Assembly: GCA_002633005.1 (NCBI GenBank)
Contig: NMRA01000013.1
Location: 975,474 to 1,039,473 of the forward strand
Length of the DNA: 64,000 nt
From: Phoronis australis
Lineage: Eukaryota; Animalia; Phoronida
Direction: 5' to 3'
Positions 1-12,700 of the stretch are shown piece after piece; the first letter of the stretch is position 1; each line of letters begins with the position of its first letter. The notes under the pieces are model-generated. The model made no database searches. It was not told the origin of the DNA and was given only the letters and a program-made list of their open reading frames with translations. Position numbers and translations under genes: made by a program.

Positions 1-420
1 TGTTCTATGTTTTGTAATGATTTCAGTAAGATGGGTTGAACCTCGTACTGGTCATTACCTAGCCCTGCAACCCTCTAACTGTTCTATGTTTTGTAATGAT
101 TTCAGTAAGATGGGTCGAACCTCGTACTGGTCATTACCTAGCCCTGCAACCCTCTAACTGTTCTATGTTTTGTAATGATTTCAGTAAGATGGGTTGAACC
201 TCGTACTGGTCATTACCTAGCCCTGCAACCCTCTAACTGTTCTATGTTTTGTAATGATTTCAGTAAGATGGGTTGAACCTCGTACTGGTCATTACCTAGT
301 CCTGCAACCCTCTAACTATTCTACGTTTTGTAATGATTTCATTAAGATGGGCCGAACCTCGTACTGGTCATTACCTAGTCCTGCAACCCTCTAACTGTTC
401 TATGTTTTTTAATGATATTT
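1..420. repeat. Intronic minisatellite, 79-bp unit, ~5.3 copies (truncated by window start)
   Basis: Unit tgttctatgttttgtaatgatttcagtaagatggg...accctctaac restarts at 1, 80, 159, 238, 317, 396 and decays toward ~480. Confidence 0.95.
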
Positions 421-559
421 AGAACATTAGGTGACCACATTACGTACTGTTCTCTAGTCCTGCTACTCCACTGCTCTCTGTTATGCATCAATTTCACGAA
501 GATAGGTTGTCTCATACTCATCTTTCCCAAGCCCTGCAAGCTGTTGTTATGTGTTTCAG

Positions 560-707
560 AATGGAGAATTCAAGCCGAGCAACTTGTTTCACAACACAAA
601 GCTAGTGAACGGCTCGAGCCCCGAGTTTGAGTACTCGGACAAGTTCTTGCAGAAGGTCAGCTACGCTTGGAGCACGGTACACATTCCTGTGGAGATCTTC
701 GAAGGAG
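560..707 (+). CDS. CACNA2D: alpha2delta exon NGEFKPS...[10 protein letters not shown] (VWA_N region)
   Basis: tttcag acceptor, gtgact donor, conserved VHIP motif. Confidence 0.92.
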
Positions 708-3700
708 GTGACTTGCACTTGCAATCTGAAAGCATCAATAAACCTCTGAAATAAATGGTGGACGCAGTGACCTTTTGGTGGTCGCAGTGACCTTATTAAA
801 CAGAGATTAAATCTAGCAGTACCCTTAACAGAGTGTAACCTTAAAGTACCTTAAAGATGGCTGTTGGAATTCACACATTTCATATTTTGTCCAATTTAGG
901 GTCTAAACTGCAGTTCTTGCCTCTGTATCATCCCTGAAAAATGAAACAAATTGGTGTTCTAGTTTCAGTCGCATTTCTATGGAAGAAATGGGGTGTGATT
1001 TCTGCAAATGGTATTCAATAGCTCATAGATGATGTTTTTGGTAAAAACGTGTCCTTGTTTTTGATCTGTTTTATCCAGACCTGGAAAACCCGCCATTTTG
1101 AAAGCACCTTCCGAGTCGGCAAAACTACAAGATCTATGAATATCTACCCATAATTGCAAGCTGCTCTGATAATTTTCACAAGTTGTTTCTTACCTGTGAT
1201 ATTCTCATTATTACGTGCCTGGCTAAAATGCCATTGATTCTGACTTTTCCTGGAGCTGACCCGGCCCTCGTCGGTGGTGATCTCTGCTGTCCCTGAGCTC
1301 CCTCTACACATTCCCTCCACGAGTACTTCCCGTCACACACTCTAGTTTAAGACTGAATACACGAGGCTAGACAATTAGTCTTGTAGCAAGCAAAGCGTCA
1401 AACTCTATCCACTTCACTATACCGTTTTAGTAGATAATGTGTTCTGACTATGGGAACAACAGCATTTCAGCTCTGAAAAGTAGTATCTTTTTCGTAAGAT
1501 GAGATTTTAATTAAATGTTTTGTTCAGACATAGAGATTGTGAACGGCCTCAACTGGACGTATCACCTGGACGAAGTCTATAAGCAGAACCTGCAAAAGGA
1601 TCCGGAACTGCTTTGGCAGTACTTTGGCAGTCAACGGGGATTCATACGCAGCTACCCAGGTTGGTGCATTCATGGTCATAAGGAAATGTTTCGCGGGCAC
1701 TCGATATCTGTATGATGCAACAGACTGACGATGCAAAGTTGGGCAGATCTAGCAAGACTTCTGTCGCATTCGAGACACAGTGTAGTTTCTACAGAGCACT
1801 CAATTTTGTGTCTAAAATTTAATGATGTATGTATTGAGTATTCTTGATAGACAAGTTGAGGATTTAAGGCAATTTATGGGGAAAACATGTTGTCATTGAA
1901 ACTCTGAAGGTGAGATAATTAGTCAGCCTGGCCTAAGTTGTCACACTGTTGGGCTGCTCTAGCAACAAACTGGTCTCACTCATTAGATTAGAAAATCAAG
2001 ACTGCTAGTAAGCCGGACTCACAAGAAATGTGCCACGTCCTCCAGTATCAAACTGAGGAAAGTAAACCCCTTTATGGTCTGAGGTTTTAGTGCCCTAATA
2101 GGCTGTAAGATAATGCAAGCTAATATTGGCTTGAGTAGTAAATGAGGTTGGTGAGCTTGTGGACTATACGGGCTTTGTGACAATCGTAAAATTGCTAAAA
2201 ATGTCATCCTTCCTGAAATTTCCTAATTTTCCCCATTATGGACATTTTTTGAGAACTTTTTCTAACTTTATTTGACTTGTTTATTGTGTAGTGTGGTGCA
2301 CACGAAAGTGCAGTGATGCTAGACACAGCTATACTGCTAAGCCTCAACACACGTCAACATTCCATGAAAAAAATTGAAGTCTTCATCTTTTTCAACTGAG
2401 CTTTGGTGCAGGCTAAGGACTTTGAAAAAAATCCAAAAATCCCCAGCGCACTTTTGTAGTCAGTAAATAAAAAAGCAGAATTTGGATGTTTCGTGCAAAA
2501 ATTGTGTTTGTGGAAAATTTGGCGATCTCCGTGACATCGTGTTTCGTTAAAAAAAAGCATCCAGCACATAACAAGAATCTGTGATTCTGTTACTTTTGAC
2601 GTGGTCTGTTGCGTCATGACCATGATTTCTGTTCGCCAGGTACAAAATGGCGCCGTACAAGTGGTGTGGATCTCTATGACGTCCGCCGAAGACCGTGGTA
2701 CACGCAAGGCTCCAGCTCTCCAAAAGATATGTTCATTCTTCTTGACACGTAAGGACTTGTTGCCAAAATTCTGCCATAATAGTATGCTTGGACAGCTGTT
2801 TCTTGGGGTTTAAGATATAACTCTAATGATCACATCTGGGTGTTTGTTACTTATGTTTTCCTTAAATGCTGTTAGGACTTATTCAGTTAATTGACGCACA
2901 GGAGGCGAGGTCTGTTTAATCTTTATACCTAAGATATTACTTAACCAATCAGATTGTGTTTTTGTTTTCCTGTTTTCCTTAAATGTAGACCGTGTTTTTT
3001 CACTTGGTTGACAAGCAATTATTAAATCCATTGGGCAGAATCTGATTTTTCTTCATATTTAAGATATGATTGTACAAGTCGAAAATGTTTTTTCTTGTTT
3101 AATTCTGTTATCCGTGAATGTAGACTATTTTATTCTTTTGATATAAATAAAATATTGATTTATAAGCAAATTGAACTGAATACTGTATTTGAAATACATG
3201 CGACATCGTTTAATTTTTCGTACTACTTGTTCCATAACTGATCAGTCTGCGTAAGTCGTCGGCTTTCCTTCTTTCTTTCGGACGAGGTGTCACTTCCATC
3301 ACTGTCTTAAAGGCAGCGAGTTAAGCTATGATGTGTGTACCATGTCTGTAATAATATGCTTAGCTTAAATTAAATTATCTTGAACCATCTGTTGGCATCC
3401 TAAAGCAAGGTATAGCATCCTCTGACAAATGGGTTGTTTTATAATTAGTGCCTTTATCACATTGTTGTGATGTTTCGTGCCTGTATCCCGCGTTCATCTT
3501 CAGGAGTGGCAGCATGCACGGCCAAGGCTTGCAACTGATGAAAGTCACAGTCAAAGTGCTACTTGACACCCTGGGCGAGAACGACTATGTTGCAGTGGCA
3601 AATGTAAGTTTCCATCTTCCAATGCCACTCTCATCTGAACTTACCTTTGTTTGAAGACACTTTGATTCTCTCTGAGTTGTGGCGAGTGACCAATGGCACT

Positions 3701-6700
3701 GTTCGGAATTGAAGTTTGTTTAAAATTCAGACCATAGTCCTTTAATTTCTTGAAACGTGGACTGTGGATCTTTGACACGAGTTAGTTAATAGGTGTCTAG
3801 TTAAATGACTTTGCATTGTATCCTTGACTGTGTGTTCTTGAGAAATTCCCACGTTCATGATTGAATAAACATGATGAGGGTTGTCTGAATGAGGCTGGAC
3901 TCGTTACAATTCCTACAATGTCAATTTTGAGTCACTGATGTTCGTAATTATTGATAACCTTTACGCTTTGATTTTTCAGTTTTCTAACGAAGCCCATTAT
4001 GTGTCTTGTCTTAAATCGTTTGTTCAAGCCAATCACAAGAACAAAAGGGTATGTAGCGACCAATCTTGATGATCCTTCCATTCTTGTGTTGTAGCAGAAT
4101 GTCAGTGGTCAATTCGAATTTTTACTGACAATACTGTCTTTTTTGTAATGTGGGCAATGAAATGTTAGTAATGATACTATCTCTGATTCATAAAACCTTC
4201 TTTTTGAAATTCTAAAACATAAGGACAAAGTTAACATTTCATTTGCCAAATAAGTATAGTTTGGTAGAAGCCCTTCGTTAACACAAACTTTGTTGAAAAC
4301 ACTACTAAACTGACACATTTATTTCTCTGTTTCTTTCGCCACGTATATGTTCATTCCACTTATTGCCTGATGATGAGACATGTAGTCTGGAAAAATAGCT
4401 AGTGTTTTAATTTGTTTGTTATGTCTCTCTCGGTGCTTTGCTATATAGCTGCACATCTGAAGAAAGTATATTGTTTCGGCACTATGAGCGAATCAGTATC
4501 AAGCTTTCAAACAAAAAGTTTAGTTGTGTTTTTAACGAAGTTTCCAAATTACAGTAACTTACGTCAGGTTTTGGTCAGAGTTTGAAGTTGAGCCAAGTGA
4601 AAGTCATCTACTATGTTGAAGAGAAATTGAACTTCCCAAAAATATTCTTCCAGTAGGACGTAAGGTGGAAATTCTCGAGTTTGGGCTAGTGAATTATTCA
4701 TTACTTTGACGAAGTTTGCACCAAATTTTAGAAATAGGCAATATTGGTCGTCCCAAATACAAGAACCGCCAAAAATATGCTGCCAAGTCTATTTTACGAC
4801 TTTGTCAGTAGAGAACAGTGTGTCTGAATTTTAAGAAATATGATAAAACGCCGAAATCGCTCATGTCCCAGTTTTTAGAATCAAGAAAGTTCAATATCTG
4901 CTGGAATGTTGACATCAAATTCTATATGTACTGGACCTATTGGAGAAACTTTTACTGTAATCTGTGGTTCATAATTTTGTCAATTTTTGTTTACATTATT
5001 TTGTTAACATTTTTTAACTTGTCTGCTAGCTGACACTTAATAATTGCACGACAGTAATACAGACTGTAGTTGACCAGTTACAGGAGCTGCTTTAAATGCT
5101 GTTTGCCAACAAGTCGGCACACGTCCCTTTAATGTGTTCATACATGATCATGTTTCAGGTGTTCAGTAATGAAGTGGACAAGTTGACAGCAAACGGAATG
5201 GCTCACTACTCAATAGGGCTGGACTTTGCACTCAAAAGCTTTGTTGAAGTAAGTCATGTTTTGTCATGTTGATTAAGAGAATTTCATTTCTGTCGCTGGT
5301 CCATTTTTTAAATGCATTGTGGGATTTTGCTTTAAAATGCCTAGTTTTCGTGCACCAAGCAATATACTGCTTAAAATGCCTAGTTTTCACGTAGCGAGCA
5401 ATATACGAACAAGATCCCTGTTTTTTAGAAAAAAGCCTTGTGTTTTGCGAGTTAATATGGCATAAAACATGAACTAAGTGAACAATTAAAAATTCCTAAC
5501 TGCATATTTGAGACATAACGTAGTTTTCATTTAAAAAAGTTTCAGTAAAATTGGCTGGGGGGGGTTATTTTGCTATGAATGAACCTTTCTTGCACGTGAA
5601 AATTTGACTTAAAAATGTGGTCACATGACAATAATAAAGATACAGTAGTAAGAAGCATATTTTTAGAATCCTCGATCTTTCTCCTTGCAGAAAATGTAAA
5701 ATACTTTTAGTGATTGACTAAGCATATTTTTTCAATATTTGACTTAAAGTTGAGGCCGTCTAACAAGGTCCTGGATAGTCCTGATGTCATATCGGATTAT
5801 AGAACATCTCGAATGTTGTCATGAAATGTCAAAACATTTCCCCCTAAACACGACGCCAATAATTTCACGACTTGATGTCAATTCACACTCCCTTTTTAGC
5901 ATGTATACTTTTAAATTTCTTCCTTATTTTAAACTAATTTACATTCAATTCCATCAATCATTTCCTGTTTACGTGCTTTACACTCAGACCCTCCACTTAG
6001 CATGATCAGCTTATAAGAGTTGTTATGATCACCTCCAAGTTGGAACCTGCTTAATGGAATCTAACTTATTATCATAACTTTTGTAAAAACCAAGTGTTTG
6101 GCATTAAGTGGACTCCACTGTATTTATTAATGAGTAATAGTCACTTGCAGGGGTTCGGGAAGTTTGAGAACCAGTTTTGTCCACTGAATAACAGGCATCG
6201 AACTGGTTCTCAAAATACGGGACCCATGTAAATGACTGTTGCCTTTTAATATAATCCTGTTCGTCTTGTCTTGATTGAATTATTTCTGAATGTTTGTATT
6301 GTCTTGTTAAAGTTGATCTGTTCTTGTCATTCTGTCTCCAGTTCAGCAGGAACGCTACTGACGGTCAAGGGGCGGAGTGCAACAAGGTTATTATGCTAAT
6401 CACGGACGGAGGAGAGGACTTCGCTAAAGATGTCCTTGAGAAGCATAAAGAGCTGCTGAAATCGGTACGCAATTTCCGCCAGTTCATGGATGTCTATCAG
6501 GCAAATGTGCACGCCACCTGTAGGAAGTTCATATGTGGTTATGTATTTATGTATTGGCCTGTGTTATAGAGTCAATGTTAACACTGTCTCCTATTCATTT
6601 TGCGTTTTCTGGTCTCAAAGTATTCATATTTCGTTGTGTGAAACCCGGGCCATCCTTGATTGACATGGAATGGAGTGCACAGTACACATATTGCATCACT

Positions 6701-9700
6701 ATCTTAATTTCAGGTGCGCATATTCACCTACGCCATAGGTCAAGGTGCTGGGCCAATGGATGCTGCCAAGTATTTTGCCTGCAAATATAGAGGTCAGTAG
6801 CATATGATTGCTGTGTGCAGCAGTTAAAAGATTCAGAAGTACAGTGTAGGACATCCTCTGTACTCGAACTAGCTTTTATATTGGGGTTCATCAAGTGCCA
6901 ATTTGTGTCATCAGGTGTGAATTTGGGTCATATACTTGTGGGGTAGACCTAAGTTTATGTACTCAAGCACAAAGTCTTGATTTTATACTAAACTAGAACT
7001 GTAATGTCAAAAACGTGTTGTAGCGGTGAAGTTCAGATTTTAGATTTCAAGATAAAGTATTCAGTTAGACCTTGGTTATTTGAAACCTACTCAATGGTTT
7101 ATAATCAGGTCATGATCTTTATGACGCCATGTCAGGTTAACAAGACTGGGATGTTCAGAGGTTGAGTTGACTCCCGTATGCTTGAGGAAAATCCTACAAC
7201 GATCTCTCATTAGATCATTTCGATGATTCCCAGATATAATGCCTCTTGGCGCTTTCTGGGTTATGTATATTCATTGTATCGAAGATTTCGTAATATAAAA
7301 AAAAATTTCGATGATTCCTCTTTGTTGCCTACCTGTTTCAACATTTTTGAAAAAAGAACTTTATTAAATTAAGCTAATGTAGTTAGGGTGTGCTTCACCA
7401 AGAACTGTGAATGGAGAATTTGCTGTAAAATTGTTGGTGTTTACAAAGCGTCTTCACCTAATTTTTGTTTTTTTATAGGGTACTACTCTCCCATCACTGG
7501 AATGGGTGCCATAAGGACCAAAGTTCAGGTTGGTAAAATACACTTTATAGTAGAGCAATTATGTTAATGTTACGTGGTGCAAAAGTAAAATGCCCAGATT
7601 TGGCGAACTTTGGAACATCATGTTATGTGAAATGGCTGTGTGATTTAAGTAAAACTTTCAGACGCCCTGTTCTTCAACATGCTGCTAGGAATTGTTTAGG
7701 AAATGTTCCATTTTTGCATGACTGGATGTCAAAAGATAGGACTTAGATGATTTTTATGAAAAAAGTCAAAATTTGCAAAAAATTAAAAACAAGAGTGTAA
7801 TTTAGAAACAATGTTTTTGGAGATTTTGTCAAATGAAATTTGGTCAAGTTATTGTTACCGTTGTTTTGTTATGAATGCACCGTTCTTTTGTGTTGAATTT
7901 TGCTGAGAATACATGGTAATGTACTTTAATTAATGGCTGATTATTGGTAAATAGTTTAAAATCAAGCTCTACAAGGTTTTCTACTTTCAGAAAAAATAGG
8001 TCTTACATAACTGTGATCAAACCTGGAAAGTTACGTTTCATTTAAAAATATTGTGGAGTGTTTTGATTTGGCTCTGGTGGCAAAGTACCAACTATTTCAA
8101 TTATGAAGTCAGCACAAAATCTCAATTACCCTGAAATCTTATACATGACAATCGTTATTCCCTCAGGGAACTTAAAAATGGAGGTTTACACATGAAAGTT
8201 GATTGATATATGAAGCCATAGTGTTTACTGAAATATAAAGCCAGTTTTTTTTTCTTGTATTTTCTGCCAATCGGACATTACAGCTGTGTTTTCCATTTAT
8301 GACATGTATTTTGATGGTATAAGAAATGTCATGATTATCAGCACAATGTTTGTTTCAGGTATCGCAACATTCATTTTCAGATCCCTACTATACTGGATGA
8401 TGTTTCCTAGTTTTGGTCTCTTGAAATTGTTACAGATTGCATGCTGTCGTCCGATATTCCAAAGACGTAGTTTGACAAATACTGTTATTTGTTGCATTCC
8501 CGTTTCAGATATCTTGTTTTTGTTTCTCTCTTGTTACGAGTTAGCAGGATGAGTGTGGTAGTGTTCACTCGGGGGTGTTCACTCGGGGGTGTACACTCGG
8601 GGGTGTTCACTCGGGGGTGTACACTCGGGGACGTTACATTATCGTGTGTGTGTCTGGCTTGACACACACACCCTTTTTCCTTTAGCTGTAGAATTGCTTG
8701 TGGTGGTGAACACCATTAATTACAGTCAGAAAAGCAAAAACTGGAACCATTCGAATTTTGAATGTGAGCAGCCATTNCAATTACCTTGAAATCTTATACA
8801 TGACAATCGTTATTCCCTGAGGGAACTTAAAAATGGAGGTTTACACATGAAAGTTGATTGATATATGAAGCCACAGTGTTTACTGAAATATAAAGCCAGT
8901 TTTTTTTCTTGTATTTTCTGCCAATCAGACATTACAGCTGTGTTTTCCATTTATGACATGTATTTTGATGGTATAAGAAATGTCACGATTATCAGCACAA
9001 TGTTTGTTCCAGGTATCACAACATTCATTTTCAGATCCCTACTATACTGAATGATGTTTCCTAGTTTTGGTCTCTTGTAATTGTTACAGATTGCATGCTG
9101 TCGTCCGATATTCCAAAGACGTAGTTTGACAAATACTGTTATTTGTTGCATTCCCGTTTCAGATATCTTGTTTTTGTTTCTCTCTTGTTACGAGTTAACA
9201 GGATGAGTGTGGTAGTGTTCAGTCGGGGGTGTACACTCGGGGGTGTACACTCGGGGGTGTACACTCGGGGACGTTACATTATCGTGTGTGTGTCTGGCTT
9301 GACACACACACCCTTTTTCCTTTAGCTGTAGAATTGCTTGTGGTGGTGAACACCATTAATTACAGTCAGAAAAGCAAAAACTGGAACCATTCGAATTTTG
9401 AATGTGAGCAGCCATTTAGATAGAAAAACTGAAAATCAGAGGATGAGCTTTAAACTGAATGCGACGAACATGGCTGGTTGAAATCGAAATGTTTGTTATT
9501 CAAAGTTATTATTGGCAGCAGTTATGGAACAGTTGCTTTCATTATGCTCAACATGTCATCATTTTCAAACCCTAAAGTCCGACACGGCGCTAAGTGAGTC
9601 AAACTGAGATTGCACCCCCATTACATCTAGACGTTACATACTGTCGTCATTTCTGTCTGGAGGGGAATCCTGCGTCTGCCTCAGTCTGTGAAAATATAAA

Positions 9701-12700
9701 GTTTTGTTAAAGATTGGAATCATCGAATTTATTAATGCTTTTCCATGTAATCTGTACCACAGTTATAACCCAGGGCTTGGAATTTTCCGCGGAAACGCGG
9801 ATTTCCGCTTTTTTCAAATGTGCTTTCCGCTTTTTTTATAATATTTCCCCGTAAAAAAATCGGATTTGATATAAAATTTCCGTGGCAAATTCCGTTCTTA
9901 CCGCGGCGTTGCAGACGACGTTCACCTCGCAAAAAAGCGGAAGTTGCTCTTTATGTTTCGGAGGAACGTAAATTGTCAACATTGCCGGGGCATCTGGGAC
10001 AGCGTGGTGGGATTTTCAATGGCGTCTCGTGTTATTGTTAAGCGCGGCGACAAATACTACCGCTCTGCAGCCAAAAATGTGTGGGTCGGGAGTGGACGGG
10101 CGAGCTAAAAGGACGCAGACGCATGCTACTGATGGTGGTAGCGTTTTTCTTTTTTTTTTTAGTCCTCCCGATTTTTGTCGGGGAAAGGTTCACATTGACC
10201 ATTTCATGGCTGGTTATCGGGCATGATTTGGGCCGTAAAAGTTTCAAAGTTTCCGCGTTTTTTGTCATTGGTTATTCCAAGCCCTGATAACCAGACAGTA
10301 TTTTGAATAACTGGCAATTGACAATTTTAAGAACCCTTTGAAAAATAAAAAGTGGTTAATATTAGGCATTTTTGGGGGGATTTCGCTGTTTAGAACCATG
10401 AGAGTTCTGGATCAGAACCGATGACTTCAAGCTGCTGCTATCTTTGAAACGCAAACATTTTGTAATTTACAGCTCTGTTTGTGTTTGCCTTATTTTGTTA
10501 TCAATTTGTATTTTTTTAAAGTGGACAGGTTTTTTTTTCAGAACTCTCATTTATGGTGACAGTTGTACCCACAATGCATCAGTCAGATCTCACTTAATGC
10601 TGACCATTTTAGGTGGTGGTTGCCAAAAATAAAATAAAATTTGATATTTAATTCATTTAAGTTCGAAATTCTGAGTTGTTTTGAATGAGCATTATTTGGA
10701 CTGAATTTGCTGGACGTGTTAAAATCCATTTTATGAAATTTTTAAGTAAAAACATACTAGCTGAAGAGGTGTCATTCTTTAAACAATTATGAGATTGCGC
10801 TTTTGCATTTTCAAGACCTATGGCTGTTCGCTGGTCTTCTCAAAGTACAGTAAAATCATGTAAATTTTGGACAATTTTTTATAAGTGATTCAAACATTGT
10901 AAGTGAATGTGCGCATTTAGTTTCTCAAAACATCTGATGGTAGTGATAGTATAGAACTTGAAAATAATGAAAATCTTTATTTTAAAGCTACTTCTTTAAT
11001 AAAATCCAAAAATGTAATATTTCATATGTGTGCCATAATTGGTGGAATGGTTCCAGAAAAGTATACAAACTTTATTAAAGACACAACTAGGCTTTTTGTC
11101 GCTATCAAAAAGTCTAGTCATGTCTTGAACGAAGTTTGTGTAAACAAAGGGCTACTAACGAACTATACTGATAGAAGTATACACGTATCTAGTTGTCTTT
11201 CAGTTGGGTGACATTCATGTTTTTATTGTTGAAATGTTTCTAGGAACACGTACCAGTTCTGAGTCGACCGCTGTGTCTGAGCAATGCCCGTTGGTTTCGA
11301 TGGAGCAACGTTTATTCGGACGCTTTGTCGGTACGGTATCAGATGAATTATTCATGCATCATGTAGACTCTCTTTGACAAGTGACGGCTTCATTATTTCC
11401 ACTTTCAGCATTCTGTCTAGTTGCCGTATCGGCCCTAATGCATGTCATCAGTATACATTCACTTGCATGACTTGGTTATTTCATTTTCCCAGAAGGCTGT
11501 GTTATGGTAGCTCTGCGGTTCATTGGTTGGTGGATGTTCATGCTGTCCAAAAATAATGCTGGTGATTTTTAGCGAATATAATAAGTAACCCTAATCTTGT
11601 TTTGTCATAATTTGGCTAAAAATCCTTCAATTTGGGTCTAAGTGATTGTAGTTTTTAAATTTCTAATAAAAGTGACAGCAGCTCAAAATGTTGTTTAGAG
11701 ACAGCTAATAGCTAGTAAAAACTGTATGCTAATAGGAATGGAAGAAACGTTTTGTTTATAGTATGCTGTTTTTCTAGAAAGATTTAAGAAAAGTCATGAC
11801 CTAACTAAAGTATTTTTCCAAAATTCTATCAAGATCAAATTTGGAAATTTTGTTTTTGTTGAAATATGTACTGTAACGTTTGTTGTTTTAATTCAGAAAA
11901 CATGCCATGGAAAAATTCCCAAAATTTTCCCATGTTAACCAAACTAGGCTTGGGCCTGACTTCAACTACATTGCGTTATACAAAATCATTGCATTATTTT
12001 TGGACATCTCTCAATTTAAAAATTTGGATGCATGCCATGGAACTGTTTTCCTAGCACATTTACAACTGCATGATTGGAACTCAATGACCAATCATCTTTA
12101 CAGGACATATCACTTTACGTACCATCTTGTTCTCCATTGTTTCAGGTCCTGTGCCGTGTTCATTTTCAGAGTCGGCATTTTTTCCTTTTCAGGGTCTTCT
12201 AATGTTGTTGTTGATGCCTATTGTTTCAAGGTATTGTCTTGTGGTAGGCATTGTCCAGATCTTGAACATGAAGGACTATTGGCTTTTATCTTTTGACTTA
12301 AACCTGCAAAAGTCGCAAATCTGACTACGAATAATCAAAAGTTGATTTTTGTCTGTGACATTTCTCAAAACATTCTGTCTTTCTGTTTAGTTGAGCGGAA
12401 TATGAATTTCTGTCTTTTGACTTCGAGTAACTGTTGTAGACAGATTTTCTTACTGTCAGCCTTATCCCTTAGGCTGAGTTTTTGTTAAACAGGCTAAGCA
12501 ATCTGTAGAGTACGGATTTTTAAGCACACGTCAGGACTAGAGCCAATAGACTCTCTTACAAACAGGCTCCATGGAAGAACTAATCTGGTGACACTTCTCT
12601 ATATGATGCTGATTCGTTCCTCCATGGCCAGCAGATGGCGCTGTGTACTATAGCATACCATAATGACTGCTGACACTTTCCTCTACAGTGACTGGCAGAT

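Noticed and set aside
1-420. 79-bp repeat as a CRISPR-like array or repeated exon
   Set aside because: Units are contiguous with no unique spacers, the context is eukaryotic, and TAA follows the tttcag directly; ordinary minisatellite
3455-3503. Minus-strand CTGAAGA...GAAA motif
   Set aside because: No stem II; explained by the exon acceptor tcttcag
4366-4400. ctgatga...gaaa hammerhead-like core
   Set aside because: No stem III or cleavage triplet; lies inside a degenerate inverted-repeat element (related copy ~11070-11170)
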